NCBI RefSeq assembly: GCF_902459465.1
Contig: NC_047066.1
Location: 1,798,001 to 1,862,000, forward strand
Reading direction: 5' to 3'
DNA from: Asterias rubens
Taxonomy: Eukaryota
DNA length: 64,000 nt
Position 1 is the stretch's first letter, and every line of letters begins with the position of its first letter. The position numbers were made by a program, and so were the translations under genes. Shown piece by piece: positions 37,597-47,602 of this stretch. The notes under the pieces were generated by a model, which saw only the letters and a program-made list of their open reading frames with translations, was not told the DNA's origin and did not search any database.

Positions 37597-38218
37597 GGTT
37601 TCTAGTTGATATCGGATTAAATTCTAACTGCTTCTGATTACTTGCGTCTGTAATACTTTGATTAATGAGAGGATACCAATTTTATGAATATCTGACTTAA
37701 AGGCAGTGGACACTAATAATAAATAACTGAGCTTTCGAAAACACACCAACATTTGCTAACAATTGCAACAAGCATTGAGTGATTGTTGTTGTTGTTGAAA
37801 TGTGTTGCGAAAACCATCAATCTCGTGTTAAGCCATCTTTCCTTGTTGAGAATGAGTTGCACGTCACGTCCTTGTTATTATTTTTTTGTCAATGTCATTA
37901 TAACGACTGTTTTATCCGGGTCTGGCTCAAGTCCAAAATCAATCCTCGTCCACAGTACAAGAGCCTGGTTGAAGGTCTTTCCCACGGCAATCTCTATAGA
38001 CTCCCCGAGTTCCTGGTTCAACCCCTCTTATACGTTTTAACGGATATTTTATCTATGAATTCAGGTCAGCTAAAAACAGCGTATCAGGAAGAAAAACAAA
38101 CTTAAACGCAGGCACCATCTGTTCAATAAGGATCTAGCTGTGGCTCATTCTCATCTAAACATTTCTACTCGATTTAGCAACGGAAGAAGTCGTGTTTTGT
38201 ATTTGCAGTTTGAGCGCA

Positions 38219-41186
38219 ATGGCCTTGTTTATCCGTTCACTCTTGGTCGCTCTGATCGTGAAGTCTCAAGTTGAGCTACAAGTTGAAGCTTCCAGCAACC
38301 ACAGAACGGTTTCATGTGAGCTACAAACAAGTAGTAAGATAGACGAGTTGAGGCTTATAGTAGAAAACTACCTCGTCATTCTTGACGATGAAGTCAGAAA
38401 CACACAAGATCTGGTGAAAGAGTTACAGGGTGCAGTATTGACCAACCAAGAAAGGGCCACCTCTGAGCAAGAGGAAACACGTCGAATGGTTAGTGAGTTG
38501 CAGGTTGCGGCATCAACCAACCAAGAAAGGGCCACCTCTGAGCAAGAGGAAACACGTCGAATGGTTAGCGAGTTGCAGGGTGCAGTATCGACCAACCAAG
38601 AAACAACCACCTCTGAGCTGGAGGAAACACGTCGTATGGTTAGTGAGTTGCAGGGTGCGGTATTGACCAACCAAGAAACAACCACCTCTGAGCTGGAGAA
38701 AACACGTCGTATAGTTAGTGAGTTGCAGGGTGCAGTAGCGACCAACGAAACAACCTCTGCGGTACAGGGCATAAGACGACAGCTAGAACAGCTGCAAGGC
38801 TCTCTATTTCCATTGGTGCGAGACCTTCATGTAAGATGTAAGTTATATTTATTTACAGTCACCGAAACACCGACGTTCTTTTATTTTTTTAAATATTTAT
38901 TTATAATATTTTTAATAATATAAATACGCATGGAGTTTGTCAGCCAGTGTACAGAATTAAACAAATATAGAAACAATTTCGAAGAATCACACCACATTTC
39001 TAAGACAACCAATCACACAATCGTAAAGAGAAAGTATTAAAAAAAGAAAAGACGAAAACAAAATCTACGGTTGACAATTTTGTTGGTAAGGTCGAGCAGG
39101 GTCATAGTAGGAGTGACATTGTTTTTTTTTTATCGCAAGGCATCTTAAATGGGTCAAAAACATGTTCAGACTTAATCATCTGTTTACAAAATACACGTAG
39201 GATTACGAGAATTTGTTAATTGTTTTATTTTCATTTGTTATGTTTACATACTTGTACAGTTGCCTTTAAGGATTGCTCGGAAGTTCTTGCGAGGGGTGTA
39301 TCAACCAGTGGTGTGTACACGGTTCAACCTCTATGCTCCAGTGAAGCTTTCCGAGTATACTGTGATATGGAAACAGACGGTGGTGGATGGACGGTAAGAT
39401 AACACCCTATAAGAATGAGAGTACTCGTCTCTAAGAATTTGTAAATAAGAAGAAGCTTGATAAAGTTGAAGAAGTCCGGAGTTTTAAAACCCCCATGTTC
39501 CCTTGATAGGTTTTCCAGAGGCGCCAAGACGGCAGTGTAGATTTCTATTTGGACTTTGCTAACTACAGCCGGGGCTTTGGGAATCTGGAGGGAGAGTTTT
39601 GGCTCGGTAACGACAACTTGCACCGTCTGACCGCTCAGGGCGAGTACGAACTCCGCGTAGATCTCACAAAATTCGACAACGTTACTGGGTATGCCATCTA
39701 CGATACGTTCAGAATCGCCGATGTGAGTCACAACTACAGGTTGACAGTAGGAGGTTACTCAGGAAATACAGGTAAGACGCTGTAAGTGGAGACTCCGTGT
39801 AGCCAATACACACATCTTAATGGGTAAACTGTACCCATCGCTATTACCGACAGGTTTAACCATTACTTTTTGTGATTGCTGTCAGTAATTGTCCATGGAA
39901 GACAGCAAAGCATAGAACATCGTACTGTCTAAGAGTCGATTTAAATATGGCAACATCGTTTCTTTTAGACAGTGGTTCATACCAAGTGTCGGTGAATGCT
40001 GACCCAAGGAATAACCAATACTTGTCAAACATAACAACCGTAATAGTCCATATACAAATGTTACAGTAAAACTTTACTGGAACATGTCCTCTTCATCAAC
40101 TAATTTTTATTTTCCCCCTTTTTCGGTAACATAATATAGCAACTTTTCTAGGAGTTGTTTTCAAACTGTTAAAATTATGCTTTTTCCTTCATAAAACATT
40201 TCTGGAGGAACGTGGGAATCGGGTGCACTTAAAAACACATTTATTATCAGTTTTGTATATGTACATTTTTGTTAGCATATTTTTCCACCACATTTTGTAC
40301 TCCAAACTTTTTTTTCTATCATGCTATAAATACACACAACGTTTTTAGTTACAAGGTATATTGTAATTTTTGGGAGCTGACAAAAAAATGAATTTATTTA
40401 TATGTTAAACCCAGATGAAAAGAGCGGGGCTGGAGTTCTGTTTACATTATTCCTCAAATCCAGCCCAGCAGTGGAATTTGGGATTTTGGTATCCTTTGAA
40501 CCTCAAACATGAACAAAATAAATAAGCAACAAATTATTAGTAAACAATTGCAGTTTATCCATTTCTAAGCTTAGAAAAATTAAAGTGTCTTCTAAAATCA
40601 AACCATTTTACAATTTGGAGGCGAAAATGGTAAAAATAAAAAGTGTTCGCTTTTATATCCAGTTTCGATGGCAATTTATTTGACGCTAATGATAAGCTGA
40701 AAATTTGAAAAAAATACCCCAAAAGGAAACAATGAAAACAATGAACCTGTTTTTATGTATATAGATTGTGAACATTATTTTACTTCACTTCTCCCAATAT
40801 ATCCCAGCTCCAACTGATAAATTTGTTCCTAATCACACCTTATCGACCTAATGTTAGAAACGACTAATGTTCTAAGTTTATCCTCCTGCCAACATCACAT
40901 TTTACACGTCTGACTATAGGGCTACGTGTGTTATCTTTCAGGAGACTCGTTATCAGCTCACAATAACATGGCCTTTACGACCAAAGACCGAGAATACGAT
41001 GACAGTTCACGTAACTGTGCCGTGTATCGCAAAGGAGCCTGGTGGTACCGTTATTGCACCGACTGTAATTTGAACGGAAGATACTTCAATGAGGCCACTT
41101 ACAACATAAAAAGAATTATGTGGAATGGCTTTTCGGGAAACCTCTCACTCAAAAGAACTGAGATAAAAATTAGAAGAAAACTGTAG
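38219..41186 (+). CDS. Fibrinogen-related domain protein (FReD; ficolin/angiopoietin/tachylectin-like), copy 1, 419 aa, 4 x 25-aa coiled-coil repeats
   Basis: Exons 38219-38837, 39260-39393, 39510-39771, 40942-41186(TAG). Signal peptide [14 protein letters not shown]; FBG motifs [69 protein letters not shown]. Confidence 0.93.
38440..38760 (+). repeat. Coding tandem repeat, 75-bp (25-aa) unit x 4 plus a partial unit, FReD copy 1
   Basis: TNQE(R/T)(A/T)TSE(Q/L)[11 protein letters not shown](G/V)A(V/A)(S/L). Confidence 0.95.
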
Positions 41187-41439
41187 TCCTTACTAGGTGG
41201 ATAGAAAAATCTCCTTAAATAATCACCTGATCACTTCATCTTATTTAGTTTCTAGTAATTTTTTTGAACAATAATAATTATACACTGAAACTTAAAAAAT
41301 AATGTCAAACATATAATTAAATGTGAACGAACTTTTAATGCAATGGATAAATGAGGCATATATTAATGTGCTGGTGCTTGACCAACTAGTGTAAATCTTT
41401 GTTCGGGGTGCCAGTCGAAAGCCATACGACTGCAGCCGT

Positions 41440-41636
41440 ATAGACGATATGACCTCTGACGTCACTCGAAAACCATAACATGATTCGCGCGCAGACCGCC
41501 GGGCAAAAGCTTTGTGTTTTGGCAGCCCGCTAGAAAGTGTCTGCAATCTTACCATGACTACGCGTCATTTTGCCCGGCGAAACATGACGTTGTCAACGGA
41601 GGGCGGTTTGAATGTAAATATAGGTCACATCGTCTA
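41440..41636. mobile_element. MITE-like element present in duplication unit 1 only
   Basis: Inverted repeats ATAGACGAT(A/G)TGACCT (16/17) and GCCGGGCAAAA; lies within a ~500-bp block absent from unit 2. Confidence 0.6.
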
Positions 41637-42257
41637 TGGCCAGGGATCACAGTCAGATTTACGATACAACATAGGAACCGGCAGCCAGGGGATCACTTAA
41701 AGGAAGTCGTTGGTTCAAATCCCACTCTAGTCAAACTTGCTGTGTTCAACCCAAGTCATGTTCTGTGTTTAACCAGCCAGTTTCCCTTGTGGTTTATTAT
41801 TTGACAAAATGAGAAGAAGAAAATAATCAAACACAAAAACTGTTACTGACAGAGGTGTCAGTGTTCAATGTTGCAATCGAATTTAAACAAAACTAATTGG
41901 TTGAGGGGGAGAGGGACTTCACAAGCTATTTGTTCGATTGTAAATCAGAGAGCTTAATATTTATCTGTTTTGTGATTACTATGTATGTCGAACAGGGCTC
42001 GACTACTTTCTACTGGCCTCGTCTTTTAATATATTGATTGGAAAAACAGATAATTGCAATTAGGCACGACAGACATTTCTCTGTTTAATTTGTATTTTCA
42101 AGTATTGGATATGAATAATTATTGGATTGGGTCTGCTTATACAAAATCGGGGTCGCTCTATTCAAACCTTAATTACGAATTATGTCAAATAGTGGACAAT
42201 TTGTTCATACCTGACCCGGGGAGTTTTCGGAGTGAATAAACTGAGATGATGTATATA

Positions 42258-42654
42258 GGTTTTCTCGGTCAATTTCGGCAAATGAGCAGCCGATTTAACC
42301 ACCAAGCTATTCAATTTCGTGCGGAATCGAATGCTACTCAACTGTCATTCGATTTCGTTTTATGATTTGAGTCGGATGTAATGTTGCGTCAATCGATTTA
42401 ACAAAATAATCATTCAATTTAACAATTTATCAAAGCAGCATCCAAATTCGCAGACGCTTCTTGAGGCGTAAAAGAATGACGCTATGCTAAGTTGAACAGA
42501 GTGCTAGAGGAATTTGACACGACTCAAAACGCGAAATTGAATTGCAAAATTCTGAATTTGAAACGCAGTAACAACTGGAAAGGCAAAACAGTTTTAATTC
42601 GAACGCATGAAAATGAAATTGACTGCTCATTTGCAGAATTTGACCGAGAAAACC
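42258..42654. mobile_element. ~400-bp MITE (TIR GGTTTTCTCGGTCAA.TT..GCAAATGAGCAG, TA-type flanks)
   Basis: Inverted termini; a second full copy at 49527-49933 and a truncated copy at ~37169-37215. Confidence 0.85.
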
Positions 42655-43455
42655 AATAATAACTTTGCAGTGGTAAATATAGCTGTATGATATGCAAATG
42701 TTTTTAATCTTCTGTTTTAGAATAAAACTACATTTAAATGTATTATTATGCTGTTCTATGTGTGATGATTTCTTAACGAGAACTTAGCCTAAACTAGGAA
42801 AGGTTGACATTCCAAAAATCATTCGTAGTTGTCAACTGCTTTCTAGTTGATATCGGATTAAATTCTAACTGCTCCTGATTACTTGCGTCTGTAATACTTT
42901 GATTAATGAGAGGATATCAATTTTATGAATATCTGACTTAAGGGCAGTGAACACTAATAATAATAAATAACTGAGCTTTCGAAAACACACCAACATTTGC
43001 TAACAATTGCAACAAGCATTGAGTGATTGTTGTTGTCGTTGAAATGTGTTGCAAAAACCATCAATCTCTTGTTAAGCCATCTTTCCTTGTTGAGACTGAG
43101 TTGCACGTCACGTCCTTGATATTATTTTGGTCAATGTCATTATAACAACTGTTTTATCCGGGTCTGGCCCAAGTCCAAAATCAATCCTCGTCCACAGTAC
43201 AAGAGCCTGGTTGAAGGTCGTTCCCACGGCAATCTCTACACTCGAGTTCCTGGTTCCACCCTTCTTATACGTTTTAACGGATATTTTCTCTATGGATTCA
43301 GGTCAGCTAAAAACAGCGTATCAGGAAGAAAAACAAACTTAAACGCAGGCACCATCTGTTCAATAAGGATCTAGCTGTGGCTCATTCTCATCTAAACATT
43401 TCTACTCGATTTAGCAACGGAAGAAGTCGTGTTTTGTATTTGCAGTTTGAGCACA

Positions 43456-46400
43456 ATGGCCTTGTTTATCCGTTCACTCTTGGTCGCTCTGATCGTGATG
43501 TCTCAAGTTGAACTACAAGTTGAAGCTTCCAGCAACCAGAGAACGGTTTCATGTGAGCTACAAACAAGTAGTAAGATAGACGTGTTGAGGCTTATAGTAG
43601 AAAACTACCTCGTCATTCTTGACGATGAAGTCAGAAACACACAACATCTGGTGAAAGAGATGCAGGGTGCAGTATTGACCAACCAAGAAAGGGCCACCTC
43701 TGAGCAAGAGGAAACACGTCGAATGGTTAGTGAGTTGCAGGGTGCAGTATCGACCAACCAAGAAAGGGTCACCTCTGAGCAAGAGGAAACACGTCGAATG
43801 GTTAGTGAGTTGCAGGTTGCGGCATCAACCAACCAAGAAAGGGCCACCTCTGAGCAAGAGGAAACACGTCGAATGGTTAGTGAGTTGCAGGGTGCAGTAT
43901 CGACCAACCAAGAAAGGGCCACCTCTGAGCAAGAGGAAACACGTCGAATGGTTAGTGAGTTGCAGGTTGCGGCATCAACCAACCAAGAAAGGGCCACCTC
44001 TGAGCAAGAGGAAACACGTCGAATGGTTAGTGAGTTGCAGGGTGCAGTATCGACCAACCAAGAAACAACCACCTCTGAGCTGGAGGAAACACGTCGTATG
44101 GTTAGTGAGTTGCAGGGTGCGGTATTGACCAACCAAGAAACAACCACCTCTGAGCTGGAGAAAACACGTCGTATAGTTAGTGAGTTGCAGGGTGCAGTAG
44201 CGACCAACCAAGAAACAACCACCTCTGAGCTGGAGGGAACACGTCGTGCAGTTAGTGAGTTACAGGTCGCAGTAGCGACCAACCAACAAACGGACACCTC
44301 CGAGGTACAGGGCATAAGACGACAGCTAGAACAGCTGCATGGCTCTCTATTTCCATGGGTGCTAGACATTCAGGGAAGACGTAAGTTTTATTTATTTACA
44401 GTCACCGTAACAATAAATTTACTATTTATTTATCATATGAATACGCATGGAATTTGTCAGCCATTGTACAGAATTAAACAACTGTAGAAACAATTTCGAA
44501 GAATCACACCACAACTCTAAGACAACCAATCACACAACCGTATAGAGAAAGTAGAACAAAAACAATTTGTTGGTAAGGTCGAGCAGTGTCATATAGAAGT
44601 GAAATTGTTTTTTTTTTAACGCAAATCTTCCATACCATGGAGGTATCTTAAATGGGTCAAAACATATTTAGACTTAATCATCAGTTTTAAACATACACGT
44701 AGGATTACAAGAATTTGTGTGTATTTTTTTTATTTTTTTTATTTTAACATACTTGTACAGTTGCCATTCCAAAGGATTGTTCTGAGATTCTTGCGAGGGG
44801 TGTATTAACCAGTGGCGTGTACCTGGTTCAACCTCTAGACTCCGGTGAAGCTTTCCGAGTATACTGTGATATGGAAACAGACGGTGGTGGATGGACGGTA
44901 AGATAACACCCTATAAGAATGAGAGTACTCGTCTCTAAGAATTTGTAAATAAGAAGAAGCTTGATAAAGTTGAAGAAGTCCGGAGTTTTAAAACCCCCAT
45001 GTTCCCTTGATAGGTTTTCCAGAGGCGCCAAGACGGCAGTGTAGATTTCTATTTGGACTTTGCTAACTACAGCCGGGGCTTTGGGAATCTGGGGGGAGAG
45101 TTTTGGCTCGGTAACGACAACTTGCACCGTCTGACCGCTCAGGGCGAGTACGAACTCCGCGTAGATCTCACAGACTTCGACGACGTTACTGGGTATGCCA
45201 TCTACGATACGTTCAGCATCGCCGATGTGAGTGACAACTACAGGTTGACAGTAGGAGGTTACTCAGGAAATACAGGTAAGACGCTGTAAGTGGAGACTCC
45301 GTGTAGCCAATACACACATCTTAATGGGTAAACTGTACCCATCGCTATGACCGACAAGCTTAACCATTACTTGTATTAGTGATTGCTGTCAGTAATTGTC
45401 CATGGAAGACAGCAAAGCATAGAACATCGTACTGTCTAAGAGTCGATCATGTTTTAAATGATGGCAACATCGTTTCTTTTGGACAGTGGTTCATACCAAG
45501 AGTCGGTGAATGCTGACCCAATGAATAACCAATACTTGTCAAACGTAACAACCGTAATAGTCCATGTACAAATGTTACAGTAAAACTTTACTGGAACTTG
45601 CCTCTTCATCAACTAATTTTTATTTTTCCCCTTTTTCGGTAACATAATATAGCAACTTTTCTATGAGCTGTTTTCAAACTGTTAAAATTATGCTTTTTCC
45701 TTCATAAAACATTTCTGGAGGAACGTGGGAATCGGGTGCACTTTAAAACACATTTTTTATCAGTTTTGTATATGTAAATATTTGTTAGCACTTTTTTACC
45801 ACCACATTTTGTACTCCAAACTTTTTTTCTATCATGATATAAAAGAAATATACACACAACGTTTTTATTTACAAGGTATATTGTAATTTTTGGGAGCTGA
45901 CAAAAAAATGAATTTATTTATATGTTAAACCCAGATGAAAAGAGCGGGGCTGGAGTTCTGTTTACATTATTCCTCAAATCCAGCCCAGCAGTGGAATTTG
46001 GGATTTTGGTATCCTTTGAACCTCAAACATGAACAAAATAAATAAGCAACAAATTATTAGTTAACAATTGCAGTTTATCCATTTCTAAGCCTAGAAAAAT
46101 TAAAGTATCTTCTAAAATCAAACCATTTCACAATTTGGAGGCGAAAATGGTAAAAATAAAAAGTGCTCGCTTTTATATCCAGTTTCGATGGCAATTTATG
46201 TGACGCTAATGATAATTTTAAGCTGAAAATCTGAAAAATTAGCCAAAAGGGAACAATGAAAACAATGAACCTGTTTTTATGTATATAGATTGTGAACATT
46301 ATTTTACTTCACTTCTCCCAATATATCCCAGCTCCAACTGATAAATTTGTTCCTAATCACACCTTATCGACCTAATGTTAGAAACGACTAATGTTCTAAG

Positions 46401-46719
46401 TTTATCCTCCTGCCAACATCACATTTTACACGTCTGACTATATGGCTACGTGTGTTATTTTTCAGGAGACTCGTTATCGTACACCGATAACATGGCCTTT
46501 ACGACCAAAGACCGAGACAGCGATGTCTGGAGTCCTGTTAACTGTGCCGTGGATCGCAAAGGAGCCTGGTGGTACCATAGTTGCACCTTATGTAATTTGA
46601 ACGGAAGATACTTCAATGAGGCCATTCGCAACAAAGAAGGAATTAGGTGGAATGGCTTTTCGGGTCGGCTCTCACTCAAAAGAACTGAGATGAAAATTAA
46701 TAATAATTATACACTTTGA
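43456..46719 (+). CDS. Fibrinogen-related domain protein (FReD), copy 2, 525 aa, 8 x 25-aa coiled-coil repeats
   Basis: Exons 43456-44380, 44761-44897, 45014-45275, 46466-46719(TGA). Same architecture and FBG motifs as copy 1. Confidence 0.93.
43677..44305 (+). repeat. Coding tandem repeat, 75-bp (25-aa) unit x 8 plus a partial unit, FReD copy 2
   Basis: Same unit as in copy 1; exon A is 306 nt longer than in copy 1. Confidence 0.95.
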
Positions 46720-46804
46720 AACTTAAAAAATAATGTCAAACATATAACTAAATGTGAACGAACTTTTACTGTCAGTGTGTCAGTGTTCAATGTTGCAATC
46801 GAAT

Positions 46805-47197
46805 TTAAAGGCAGTGGACACTATCGGTAATTATTATTCAAAATATTTTTTAGCATAAAACCTTTCATTCTTGGTGACGAGTGATGGGCAGAGGTTGATG
46901 GTATAAAACATTGTGAGAAACGGCTCCCTCTGAAGTGCCATAGTTTTAGAGAAAGAAGTATTTTTCCACGAATTTGATTTCGAGAGCTCAGATTTAGAAT
47001 TTGAGGACTCGAAATCAACCATCTAAACGCACACAACTTCGTGTGACATGGCTGTGTTTCCTTTCATTATTATCTCGCAACTTTGATGACCGATTGAGCT
47101 CAAATTTTTACAGGTTTGTTATTTTATGCATATGTTGAGATACACCAACTGTGAAGGCTAGTCTTTGACAATTCCCAACAGTGTCCACTGCCTTTAA
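46805..47197. mobile_element. TTAA-TSD MITE (Kolobok-type non-autonomous DNA transposon)
   Basis: TTAA|AGGCAGTGGACACTATCGGTAATT...AATTCCCAACAGTGTCCACTGCCT|TTAA. The paralogous site in duplication unit 1 (41883-41886) has a single TTAA and no element. RR...YY termini with a TTAA TSD fit Kolobok rather than piggyBac (CCY...RGG). Confidence 0.9.
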
Positions 47198-47602
47198 ACA
47201 AAACTAATTGGTTGGGGGGGGGGGGCGGCAGGGACTTTACAAGGTATTTGTTCGGTTGTAAATCAAAGGGCTTAATTTGTCTCTGTTTGGAATTATTCTG
47301 TGTGTCGAACGGGGTCGACTACTTTCTACCGGCCTCGTCCTTTAACATATTGGTTGGAAAGACAGATAATTGCAATTTGGCACGACAGACATTTCTCTGT
47401 TTAATTTTTTTTTTCAAGTATTGGATATGGGTGAATCATTATTGGATTGGGTCTCCCTATAAAAGATCGGGGTCGCTCTATTCAAACCTTAATTACGAAT
47501 TATGTCAAATAGTGGACAATTTGTTTATATCAGTCTGTTGTTTCGACGATGAGAGCCATTTGTGAATGCACCACTTCAAAGTATACATGGAAACTAACAG
47601 AG

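Larger units (their letters stand above)
37165..47528 (+). repeat. Tandem segmental duplication: unit 1 ~37165-42208, unit 2 ~42255-47528, each carrying one FReD gene
   Basis: Collinear, highly similar promoters, introns and 3' flanks. Examples: 37220-37386 vs 42680-42846; intron 39394-39509 identical to 44898-45013; 41860-42205 vs 46780-46808 + 47194-47525. Confidence 0.95.

Noticed and set aside
36046-38209. Read-through splice joining the orphan secreted gene to FReD copy 1
   Set aside because: The donor at 36046 is phase 1, and joining it to the acceptor at 38208 gives G|TT TGA (immediate stop); the FReD frame needs phase 2 and has its own signal peptide.
38368-44369. Long minus-strand ORFs 38368-38772 and 43605-44369, and + frame ORF 43730-44128
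   Set aside because: They are shadows of the stop-poor 75-bp coding repeat, with no splice signals or independent homology.
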